Shown: piece after piece, positions 43,963 through 52,882 of the stretch | How the letters are laid out: each line of letters begins with the position of its first letter | How positions within the stretch are numbered: position 1 is the stretch's first letter | Source of the DNA: Planctomycetota bacterium | GTDB lineage: Bacteria > Planctomycetota > UBA8742 > UBA2392 | Assembly: GCA_020848275.1 (NCBI GenBank) | Contig: JADLAK010000077.1 | Location: 7,606 to 71,605 of the forward strand | DNA: 64,000 bases | Reading direction: 5' to 3' | Notes under the pieces: model-generated | Databases searched by the model: none | Told to the model about the DNA's origin: nothing | What the model saw: only the letters and a program-made list of their open reading frames with translations | Made by a program: the position numbers and the translations under genes

Positions 43963-46900
43963 ATGACCAAAGCCGCCTACAAACCGCGCAACAAAATCCG
44001 CTTCGTCACGGCGGCGGCGCTGTTTGACGGCCACGACGCATCCATCAACATCATGCGCCGCCTGCTGCAGGCCCACGGCGCGGAAGTGATCCACCTCGGC
44101 CATAACCGCAGCGCCGAGGAAATCGTCGACGCCGCGATTCAAGAAGACGCGCAAGGAATTGCCGTGTCCTCCTACCAGGGAGGGCACATGGAATTCTTCA
44201 AATACATGTACGACCTGCTGCGGCAGAAGGGTGCAGCGCACATCAAGATCTTCGGCGGCGGCGGCGGCGTCATCGTCCCCGAGGAAATCGAGGAACTCCA
44301 CAAATACGGCATCAACCGCATCTTCAGCCCCGAGGACGGCCGCAAGCTAGGCCTCGACGGCATGATCGAACAGATCGTGCGCGAGTGCGATTTTGCGACC
44401 ATCGACCACGTCAACGGCGAGCTAAGCCAGCTTGCGCGCGACAAAAAGAGCGTGATCGCGCGGCTGATCAGCTACGCCGAGCTCAACGGCCAGCGCAGCG
44501 ACAAAGACGCTGAACGCGTCGCCGGCGAGGTCAAAAAGCGTGCCGACAAACTGGCCAGGACCGTCCCGATCGTCGGTTTCACCGGCACCGGCGGCGCGGG
44601 CAAATCATCGCTTACCGACGAAGTCCTGCGCCGTTACCTCGCGGATTTCCCCGAGGCGCACATCGCGGTGTTCAGCGTCGACCCCACGCGCAAGAAGACC
44701 GGCGGCGCTTTGCTGGGCGACCGCATCCGCATGAACGCGCTGCACTCGCCGCGCGTCTATATGCGCTCGCTGGCCACGCGCGAAAGCGGCAGCGAAATCA
44801 GCGAGGCGCTCGATGAAGCGGTCGAGATCGCCAAGGCCGCGGGCTATGACCTGGTCCTGATCGAGACCTCGGGCATCGGCCAGGCCGACAGCGCGATCTC
44901 GGAACTCGTCGACCTCAGCGTCTATGTGATGACCAGCGAATACGGGGCATCAAGCCAGCTCGAGAAAATCGAGATGCTGGATTACGCCGACCTGGTGGCG
45001 CTCAACAAATTCGAGCGCCGCGGCGCCGAGGACGCGCTGCGCGACGTGAAGAAACAGGTCTGGCGCAACCGCGGCGCCAAGCGCGACGAAAAACCGGCCG
45101 AGATGCCGGTCTACCCGACGATCGCCAGCCAGTTCAACGACGCCGGCGTCAACGCGTTCTACCAGGCGTTGCTGGCGCGCATCGGCAAAGTCGTCGGCAA
45201 GGAACTCAAGACGAAGTACTTCACGCAAGTCCCCAAGGACGGCATCCCGCGCGTCAAAGGCGTGATTCCCGGCCAGCGCCAGCGTTATCTCTCCGAGATC
45301 AGCGACAGCGTGCGCAGCTACCACAAGTGGGCGCAGCGCCAGGCCGAGGTCGCAAGTTCGCTCTACGCGACCTTTTTGGTGCTCGAGGACCTCGGCGACG
45401 AGCCGCCCTGCCGCCTCGAACGCTACAAAGACGATCAGGTCGCGCCCGACGCCAGGCTCGATGCGGCAGTGTTGCGGCTGCGCCAGCGTTACAACGAACT
45501 CGTGCGCGACATGGCCCCGCAGTGCATTAAATTGCTCGCGGACTGGCCGGAGTTGCGCAAGAGCTACAGCGACCCGGAAAACGTCTATTCCGTGCGCGGC
45601 AAGGAAATCCGCGTCCAGAATTACACCACGACGCTCAGCGGCACGAAGGTCCCCAAGGTCGCGTTGCCGAACTTCAGCGATTGGGGCGACTTGCTGCTCT
45701 GGATGCTGAATGAAAACACCCCCGGCGCTTTCCCCTACACCGCCGGCGTTTTCCCCTACAAGCGCAGCGGCGAAGACCCGACGCGGATGTTTGCCGGCGA
45801 AGGCCCGCCCGGGCGCACCAACAATCGCTTTCACCTGGTAAGTTCGGGCCAGCCCGCCGCGCGCCTCAGCACCGCCTTTGACAGCGTCACGCTCTACGGC
45901 GAAGACCCACACGAGCGGCCGGACATCTACGGCAAGGTCGGAGAATCGGGCGTCAGCATCACGACGGTCGAGGATATCGAAATCCTTTACGCGGGCTTTG
46001 ACCTTTGCGCGCCCAACAACAGCGTCAGCATGACCATCAACGGCCCGGCGCCGATCATCCTCGCGTTTTTTATGAATGCGGCGATCCGGCAGCAGGCCCG
46101 CAAGTTCCTGATGGAAGGCGGCAAGCTCAAGCCGGTGCGCTCGCCGGAAAAGCTCTACACCGGCCTTGACCCGAAATCCGGCGTCAAGGCATTCGCGGGG
46201 CCGCTCGCGCACGCTTATCTTGACCCGCGCTGCTTTGATGCGCGTTGGGACGAGATGCGCAAGCTGATTAGCGATGCTGAGTACAGCCGCATTGCCGACG
46301 CAACCGTCAACGTGGTTCGCGGCACGGTGCAGGCCGATATCCTCAAGGAAGACCAGGCGCAGAACACCTGCATTTTCAGCATCGAGTTCGCCCTGCGCAT
46401 GATGGGCGACGTGCAGCAGTGGTTCATCGACCACAAGGTGCAGAACTACTATTCGGTCAGCATCAGCGGCTATCACATCGCCGAGGCGGGCGCCAACCCG
46501 ATCACGCAGCTTGCGTTCACGCTCGCCAACGGCTTCACCTACGTTGAGTACTACCGCTCGCGCGGCATGGACATCAACGGCTTCGCGCCCAACCTCAGCT
46601 TCTTCTTCAGCAACGGCATCGACGCGGAGTACGCCGTGATCGGTCGCGTCGCCCGGCGCATCTGGGCGATTGCGCTCGATCGTCTCTACGGCGGCAACGA
46701 CCGCGCCGCGAAATTGAAATATCACATCCAGACCAGCGGGCGCTCGCTGCACGCGATGGAAATTGATTTCAACGACATTCGCACGACGTTGCAGGCGCTC
46801 TACGCGATCTACGACAACTGCAACAGCCTGCACACCAACGCCTACGATGAGGCGATCACGACGCCGACAGCCGAAAGCGTTCGCCGCGCGCTCGCCATCC

Positions 46901-47457
46901 AGCACATCATCAACCGCGAACTCGGCCTGAACAAAAACGAGAACCCGCTGCAGGGCGCATTCATTATTGAAGCCCTCACCGACTTGGTCGAGGAGGCCGT
47001 GCTGCAGGAGTTCGACCGTCTGACCGAGCGCGGCGGCGTGATTGGCGCGATGGAAACGCAGTACCAGCGCGGCAAGATCCAGGAAGAGTCGATGTACTAC
47101 GAGCAGTTGAAACACAGCGGCGAGCTGCCGATCGTGGGCATCAACACGTTCCTCAATCCCAAGCCGCCGGAGAGCAACAAGACCACGCTCACGCTCGCCC
47201 GTGCGACCGAGGCCGAAAAACAGGCGCGCATCGCCACCGTCCGTGAGTTCCAGAAACGCCACGCGTCGACGGGTGCTGCGGCGCTCGAACGCCTGCGCCG
47301 CGTCGCGCTCGAGGGCGGCAACGGCGGAACGGCGGCGACGGGATCCATAGCGGGCAACATCTTCAACGAGCTGATGGACACCGTCCAGCATTGCTCGCTG
47401 GGCCAGATCAGCGCCGCCCTCTACGAAGTCGGCGGCCAATACCGCCGCAGCATGTAG
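43963..47457 (+). CDS. icmF: Fused isobutyryl-CoA mutase/GTPase IcmF
   Basis: N-terminal B12-binding domain (DGHDASIN), MeaI GTPase (GTGGAGKSS, ETSGIGQ, NKFE) and mutase domain with RMFAGEG (Phe at the specificity position) and DILKEDQAQN. Confidence 0.93.
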   Translation: MTKAAYKPRNKIRFVTAAALFDGHDASINIMRRLLQAHGAEVIHLGHNRSAEEIVDAAIQEDAQGIAVSSYQGGHMEFFKYMYDLLRQKGAAHIKIFGGGGGVIVPEEIEELHKYGINRIFSPEDGRKLGLDGMIEQIVRECDFATIDHVNGELSQLARDKKSVIARLISYAELNGQRSDKDAERVAGEVKKRADKLARTVPIVGFTGTGGAGKSSLTDEVLRRYLADFPEAHIAVFSVDPTRKKTGGALLGDRIRMNALHSPRVYMRSLATRESGSEISEALDEAVEIAKAAGYDLVLIETSGIGQADSAISELVDLSVYVMTSEYGASSQLEKIEMLDYADLVALNKFERRGAEDALRDVKKQVWRNRGAKRDEKPAEMPVYPTIASQFNDAGVNAFYQALLARIGKVVGKELKTKYFTQVPKDGIPRVKGVIPGQRQRYLSEISDSVRSYHKWAQRQAEVASSLYATFLVLEDLGDEPPCRLERYKDDQVAPDARLDAAVLRLRQRYNELVRDMAPQCIKLLADWPELRKSYSDPENVYSVRGKEIRVQNYTTTLSGTKVPKVALPNFSDWGDLLLWMLNENTPGAFPYTAGVFPYKRSGEDPTRMFAGEGPPGRTNNRFHLVSSGQPAARLSTAFDSVTLYGEDPHERPDIYGKVGESGVSITTVEDIEILYAGFDLCAPNNSVSMTINGPAPIILAFFMNAAIRQQARKFLMEGGKLKPVRSPEKLYTGLDPKSGVKAFAGPLAHAYLDPRCFDARWDEMRKLISDAEYSRIADATVNVVRGTVQADILKEDQAQNTCIFSIEFALRMMGDVQQWFIDHKVQNYYSVSISGYHIAEAGANPITQLAFTLANGFTYVEYYRSRGMDINGFAPNLSFFFSNGIDAEYAVIGRVARRIWAIALDRLYGGNDRAAKLKYHIQTSGRSLHAMEIDFNDIRTTLQALYAIYDNCNSLHTNAYDEAITTPTAESVRRALAIQHIINRELGLNKNENPLQGAFIIEALTDLVEEAVLQEFDRLTERGGVIGAMETQYQRGKIQEESMYYEQLKHSGELPIVGINTFLNPKPPESNKTTLTLARATEAEKQARIATVREFQKRHASTGAAALERLRRVALEGGNGGTAATGSIAGNIFNELMDTVQHCSLGQISAALYEVGGQYRRSM

Positions 47458-47515
47458 CACAAGCCCACTGCGTCAGCGGTGGGATATGACGAGTGCACCT
47501 CAATCCGGAGTTCCC

Positions 47516-49351
47516 ATGCGTCCGGTCCTTCCAAAACTTTTGCTGTTTGTCGCAGCCACGTTTGCTGCGCCATGTCTACTCGCCGACGTTCCTCGCAACA
47601 ATTTCGGCGAGATGGACAAATACGAGTGGTTCACCGTCCGCACTCGCGACGATATCGAACGTCTGCCGCAACGCGCGGTGGCTGTCAAGCTGGATGCTTT
47701 TGCCCCGGAAGAGGCCTTTGCGGCCCTGTGTGAAGTGACGCGCATTGAGGCATTGCAGGTTCATATGCCTAAGTCTGCGGAAGAGCGTGCCAAAATCAGC
47801 AAACTGAAAAATCTCAAACTGCTGCACACGCCGCTGCATTACTACTGCGCCGATATTGGCCCGCTGTTGCCCAACGTAGAGATTTTGATTCACCCCTGTT
47901 CTGCCAACGGCACTCGCGAGGGTTGCTGGAAAATGGGCAGCGACGGAATCGAGAACGCCGCCAAATTCACGAACCTTCGTGTTTTCGTCTTTGGCGGCAA
48001 CGGCGTCGTGGAGGAACTCGGCGTCAAACCTGACGCCATCGCCAAGTTGTGGAAGCTGAAAACGCTCAGGAAACTCGACATCAGCTACTGCATGTTTGAA
48101 GAGGGCTCAGTCAAAGGCTTGGCGAACCTCACAAACCTTGAAGAACTCGACATCTATTCCTGTTACGGCCTTAATGAAGAAGACGCCAAGGCCGTTACGA
48201 CGCTTCCCAACCTCAAGCACCTGCGTCTTGGCACCTTCCAGCAACTGCTGCCAGTGTTGGCCAACCTTAATCGCGTCACCAGTCTTGAAGCGCTTGTGAT
48301 CGAAGGGGCCCAGTCGAACTACAACAGTGCGCCGCTCACCGGCGACGACCTGCGGCCGCTAATCGGGTTGTTGCGTCTGCGGCGTCTCGAGATCGGCGAC
48401 ATCGGTCTTGAGAGCGTCGAAAGGGCCAAGGACCCCCGGGCGGTTTTGCGCCAGCTCATCGGACTCGAATTTTTGAGGATCGAATACCCCGGGATGTTCG
48501 ATTCCGAAGTCAACCCGGAGTGCTGGCGTTGGCTGGCACCGCTGCAGAATCTCCGCCGCCTCAGGCTTGGGCAGGCAGTCAGCGATGTGGCGCTGGAAGT
48601 GATCGCGACGCTGCCACGCTTGGCATCGCTCGACATCTCTGGCGATTTCAGCGCGGGCCTGGGGCTGTTGGCCGAATCGTCGTCGAAACTCGAAACCATC
48701 GCACTTGGCGGCAATGTCAGTGATGTCGCGCTTGGATTTCTGGCTCGAATCAAGACCTTAAAGGAAATCAGGATCAGCAGCGGGTCCTTGAGCGGTCGAG
48801 GATTTAGCCGTTTCGGTGAACATTCGGCGCTGGCCGCAGTAACGCTCCAACACTGTGGGGTGGATGCGGCGGGACTTGCCCAGCTGGCAGCGGTTCCGAA
48901 CCTGAAGTCTGTTTCGATTTACGGATGCAGGTTTGCCGAGATGCAGAGCATTAACGATTTGGTTGAGGTGCTGGCCGCCGCAAAGGGTCTTGAGAGAGTT
49001 GCGATTGGCCCGCCCGAAGGCGTCGATGCTGCTTACGCCGGTCTGTTCAAGGTTTCCGCAAGGGGCATGAAGGCGCTGGTGTCCCTGACGCAGCTTCGCG
49101 AGCTCGACGTCTCGACCATCGAGAATTTGGGCGAAGACGTTCCGGGTGTGCTGGCGAAGCTCCCAAAGCTGGAGAAACTTACCCTACGCGGCATTGAGCC
49201 CGAATCCGCCCGGCAGGTCCTGCTGGCTTTCCGCGATCACGCGACGCTCAGACACGTACATATTCCTCTGCCATACGCAGGTGAGGAGCACAAGCACATC
49301 GATGCCCTGCGCCGGGCCAATCGCAACTTGTCTGTTAACGTCGATGACTGA
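47516..49351 (+). CDS. Exported leucine-rich-repeat protein
   Basis: Signal-like N-terminus and LxxLxxLxL repeats (LKTLRKLDISYC, LPNLKHLRLG). Codon usage is less GC-biased than its neighbours. Confidence 0.8.
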   Translation: MRPVLPKLLLFVAATFAAPCLLADVPRNNFGEMDKYEWFTVRTRDDIERLPQRAVAVKLDAFAPEEAFAALCEVTRIEALQVHMPKSAEERAKISKLKNLKLLHTPLHYYCADIGPLLPNVEILIHPCSANGTREGCWKMGSDGIENAAKFTNLRVFVFGGNGVVEELGVKPDAIAKLWKLKTLRKLDISYCMFEEGSVKGLANLTNLEELDIYSCYGLNEEDAKAVTTLPNLKHLRLGTFQQLLPVLANLNRVTSLEALVIEGAQSNYNSAPLTGDDLRPLIGLLRLRRLEIGDIGLESVERAKDPRAVLRQLIGLEFLRIEYPGMFDSEVNPECWRWLAPLQNLRRLRLGQAVSDVALEVIATLPRLASLDISGDFSAGLGLLAESSSKLETIALGGNVSDVALGFLARIKTLKEIRISSGSLSGRGFSRFGEHSALAAVTLQHCGVDAAGLAQLAAVPNLKSVSIYGCRFAEMQSINDLVEVLAAAKGLERVAIGPPEGVDAAYAGLFKVSARGMKALVSLTQLRELDVSTIENLGEDVPGVLAKLPKLEKLTLRGIEPESARQVLLAFRDHATLRHVHIPLPYAGEEHKHIDALRRANRNLSVNVDD

Positions 49352-49395
49352 CATGGGCACTCGCTAACGCTTCGTGTTCGGTTAAGCTCGGCATC

Positions 49396-51717
49396 ATGGG
49401 TTTGCTTGACGATCTAAACGAACAACAGCGCGAGGCGGTGACCAGCATTCATGGCCCGCTGCTGGTCGTGGCAGGCCCGGGCTCGGGCAAGACGCGCGTG
49501 ATCACCGCGCGCATCGCCTACATGATCGAGCAAGGCGTCCCGCCCTGGCGCATCCTCGCCATGACCTTTACCAACAAGGCCGCGGGCGAAATGAAGGCGC
49601 GGGTGCAGCGACTGGTCACCAACGCCGACGTTTACGTCAGCACCTTCCACAGCTTCGGCGCGTGGCTGATGCGGCGGGAGGCCGAGACGCTGGGCTATGC
49701 CAAGGATTTTTCGATCTACGACACCGACGACCGCGACAGTTTGATACGGCGCCTGATGCGTGAGGCGAATATCGATAGCTCGTTCGTGACTGCTTCGGCC
49801 GCGGGCTATGCGATCAGCGACGCGAAGAATCGCGCGATTGATCCTGCGACGTATCTGTCCGGCGCGTTCGATCCCAAGACCAAGGCCGTGGCCGAGATTT
49901 TTGCGCTCTACGAGAAAGCTTTAAAACAGGCGCAGGCGATGGACTTCGACGACCTGCTAATTAAACCGCTCGAACTTTTCACCAAGCATTCGACCGCGCT
50001 CGAAAAATACCGCGACCGTTTCTCGCACATCCTGATCGATGAGTACCAGGACACCAACGCCGTGCAGTACAACCTCGCCAAGCTGCTCGCCCAACGCGAC
50101 AAGAACATCTGCGTGACGGGCGATCCCGACCAGTCCATTTACTCGTGGCGTGGCGCGGACATCCGCAACATCCTGAGCTTCGAGCGCGATTTCCCCGGCG
50201 CCAAGGTCGTCATCCTCGGCCAGAATTACCGCAGCACCAAACGCATTGTGCAGGCGGCCGATGCACTCGTGCGCCACAACCTGGCGCGTAAAGAAAAACC
50301 GCTCAGCACCAGCAACGACGAAGGGACTCGTATCAAGGTGCTGCGCTGCCAGAACGAAACGCACGAGGCGCTGGAGATCGCGCGCGGCATTGAGAAACTT
50401 CGAGAGGAACACGATGTCCCGCTCAGCGGCGTCGCGGTTTTCTACCGCATGAATGCGCAATCTCGCGCGCTCGAACAAGGCCTGCGCGAACGCAACATCG
50501 CCTACCAGCTTGTCGGCGCCGTCGCGTTTTACCAGCGCCAGGAAATCAAGGACGTGCTGGCTTATTTAAGATTGATCGTGAATCCACGTGATGTTGTCTC
50601 TTTTGCAAGAGCACTTCTTCGCCCTTCGCGCGGCGTGGGCGAAGGGACGCTTGAGAAAATCGTGGTCGCCGCGCGCGACAGCGGCAAGACGTTGATCGAG
50701 GTCGCTCGCGATCCCGCCGCCCACGGCATTTCGCGCGTGCAGAAGAAAGCGCTGGAGGCGCTGCGCGACTTTGCGGCGATGTATGACCGCCTGTTGGCCG
50801 AACCGCTTTTCCCGATCGAAACGGTGATCGAGAAAGTCCTGCTTCAAAGCGGCTATATGCGGGCGCTGCAGCAGGATATTGACCCGCGCGCCGAGGACCG
50901 CATCGACAACGTCAAGGAATTGCTCAGCGACGCCAAGACGCGCGAACAAAATGACGCCGATCTCGACCTCTCGCGCTGGCTCGAGCAAATCGCGCTGGTT
51001 TCCGACACGGACAAGCTCGACCTCGGCAATCCCGCCGTCACCTTGATGACGCTGCACAGCGCCAAGGGCCTCGAGTTCCCGGCGGTGTTCATCGTCGGGC
51101 TTGAGGACGGCTGTCTGCCGCACGCGCGCTCGTTGCAAGGCGAGGGCGACCCCGAGGAAGAACGCCGCCTGTGCTACGTCGGGATTACGCGCGCGCAGAA
51201 GTTTCTTACCCTCACGCACGCGCGGCATCGCGAGCAGTTCGGCCAGTTCACGCGCAACGCGCCCTCGCGCTTCCTGGCGGAAATCCCGCACGAGCTTTGC
51301 GAAATCCACGACATCAGCGGCGGCCACGCCGGCTTCGCGGCCGAGTGGGATGCGGCGACGAAGTTCACGCCGCGCATCGGCGCGGAGCACCAGGCGGGCA
51401 GCAACCCCTTTGATTTCGGCGACATGCCGCCGATCGAAGATAATCCCGCGGACTTCGCGGCAGCGCGCGGCGCTGCGTCCGGGGTCCGGAGTCCGGAGTC
51501 CGGGGTCGACGGTGGTTTTCCTTCCGCTTTTGACCCAGGAGCCAGGACCACGCACACCGCACTCACGAAAGGTGATCGCGTGCGGCATTCGGTCTTCGGC
51601 ATCGGACAGGTGCTGGAGATGGTCGGCAGCGGCGACAAAGCGCGCGTGCGCGTGAGCTTCCAGGGCTGGGGCGAAAAGAACCTGGCGCTCGAATTCGCCC
51701 GCCTCGAAAAACTTTAG
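49396..51717 (+). CDS. pcrA: ATP-dependent DNA helicase UvrD/PcrA
   Basis: AGPGSGKT, MTFTNKAA, IDEYQDTN, GDPDQSIYSWRGA, LMTLHSAKGLEFP, EERRLCYVGITRA and a C-terminal Tudor-like domain (VRHSVFGIG). Confidence 0.95.
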   Translation: MGLLDDLNEQQREAVTSIHGPLLVVAGPGSGKTRVITARIAYMIEQGVPPWRILAMTFTNKAAGEMKARVQRLVTNADVYVSTFHSFGAWLMRREAETLGYAKDFSIYDTDDRDSLIRRLMREANIDSSFVTASAAGYAISDAKNRAIDPATYLSGAFDPKTKAVAEIFALYEKALKQAQAMDFDDLLIKPLELFTKHSTALEKYRDRFSHILIDEYQDTNAVQYNLAKLLAQRDKNICVTGDPDQSIYSWRGADIRNILSFERDFPGAKVVILGQNYRSTKRIVQAADALVRHNLARKEKPLSTSNDEGTRIKVLRCQNETHEALEIARGIEKLREEHDVPLSGVAVFYRMNAQSRALEQGLRERNIAYQLVGAVAFYQRQEIKDVLAYLRLIVNPRDVVSFARALLRPSRGVGEGTLEKIVVAARDSGKTLIEVARDPAAHGISRVQKKALEALRDFAAMYDRLLAEPLFPIETVIEKVLLQSGYMRALQQDIDPRAEDRIDNVKELLSDAKTREQNDADLDLSRWLEQIALVSDTDKLDLGNPAVTLMTLHSAKGLEFPAVFIVGLEDGCLPHARSLQGEGDPEEERRLCYVGITRAQKFLTLTHARHREQFGQFTRNAPSRFLAEIPHELCEIHDISGGHAGFAAEWDAATKFTPRIGAEHQAGSNPFDFGDMPPIEDNPADFAAARGAASGVRSPESGVDGGFPSAFDPGARTTHTALTKGDRVRHSVFGIGQVLEMVGSGDKARVRVSFQGWGEKNLALEFARLEKL

Positions 51718-51719
51718 TC

Positions 51720-51782
51720 GGCCACGAATGAACACGAATTCACACTAATCAATTCGTGTCTATTCGTGGAATTCGTGGCTAA
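51720..51782. repeat. CACGAAT/ATTCGTG palindrome, copy C
   Basis: ggccacgaatgaacacgaatt ... attcgtgtctattcgtggaattcgtggctaa. Confidence 0.85.
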
Positions 51783-51791
51783 AGTCTTGCT

Positions 51792-52880
51792 ATGCCGACG
51801 CCAAAGCTTCAATCGCTGCTGACGACCGCCGACTTTTATCGCGCGGCGCGTAAGGCGCTGACCCCGACAACGTGGGACTACTTCAACGCCGGTGCCGATG
51901 CGCAGACTACGCTGCGCGCTAATCGCATGGCATTCAACCGCCTGCGCCTGCTGCCCCGCGTGCTGGTGGACGTTTCCAAGGTCGATACGTCTGCTTACCT
52001 GTTTGGTGAAAAGCTCGATTGGCCTGTCCTGATTGCGCCGATGGCCTACCAGAAGCTCGCGCACAAAGACGGTGAAGTCGCGGTAGCCAAAGCCGCGGCG
52101 GCGGCCGGTACGCCTTATGTGGTATCCACGCTGGCGACAACGACGCTGGAAGACACCGCTCAGGCCGTAGCGGAGGCGTCACGCTGGTTTCAGTTGTACG
52201 TGCACCAGGACCGGCGCGTCACACAAGCGCTGGTGCATCGGGCGCAGAACGCGGGCTACCGCGCGCTGGTGGTCACGGTCGACGCTCCGATGCTGGGCCG
52301 CCGCATCGCCGACGTGCGCAACCGCTTTGGCCTTCCGCGCGGGCTGAGCATGGTCAACCTCGAGCCCTATCATCGCGCGGATTTGACAAGCGCCGCGGGT
52401 TCGGCGCTGGAGGAGCTTTTCGCCAGCCGCCACGATGCCACGCTGAACTGGAACGATCTCAACTGGCTGCGCTCGCTGACGAAACTGCCGATTCTCCTCA
52501 AGGGCATCCTGCGCGCCGACGACGCCAAACGCGCCGTGGAAGCGGGCGTCCAGGGCATCATCGTCTCTAACCACGGCGGGCGGCAGCTTGACGGCGCCAT
52601 CGCCACGCTCGATGCGCTGCCTGCGATTGTCGAGGCGGTTTACCGGCGCGTACCCGTGCTTGTTGATGGCGGCGTGCGCTGGGGCAGCGACATCCTCAAG
52701 GCGCTGGCGCTTGGCGCAAACGCGGTGCTGGTGGGCCGGCCCGTGTTGTGGGGCCTTGCGGTTGGAGGCGAAGCGGGCGTCGCGCGCGTGCTGGCCATCC
52801 TGCGCGAGGAATTCTCGCGCGCGATGGCGCTTTGCGGCTGCGCCGGCGTTGCATCCATAACGCGCGACCTTGTGGCCTGA
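51792..52880 (+). CDS. FMN-dependent alpha-hydroxy acid oxidase/dehydrogenase
   Basis: LLPRVLVDVS, WFQLY, VTVDAP, LKGI, VSNHGGRQLDG and DGGVRWGSDILKALALGA. Confidence 0.93.
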   Translation: MPTPKLQSLLTTADFYRAARKALTPTTWDYFNAGADAQTTLRANRMAFNRLRLLPRVLVDVSKVDTSAYLFGEKLDWPVLIAPMAYQKLAHKDGEVAVAKAAAAAGTPYVVSTLATTTLEDTAQAVAEASRWFQLYVHQDRRVTQALVHRAQNAGYRALVVTVDAPMLGRRIADVRNRFGLPRGLSMVNLEPYHRADLTSAAGSALEELFASRHDATLNWNDLNWLRSLTKLPILLKGILRADDAKRAVEAGVQGIIVSNHGGRQLDGAIATLDALPAIVEAVYRRVPVLVDGGVRWGSDILKALALGANAVLVGRPVLWGLAVGGEAGVARVLAILREEFSRAMALCGCAGVASITRDLVA

Positions 52881-52882
52881 CG

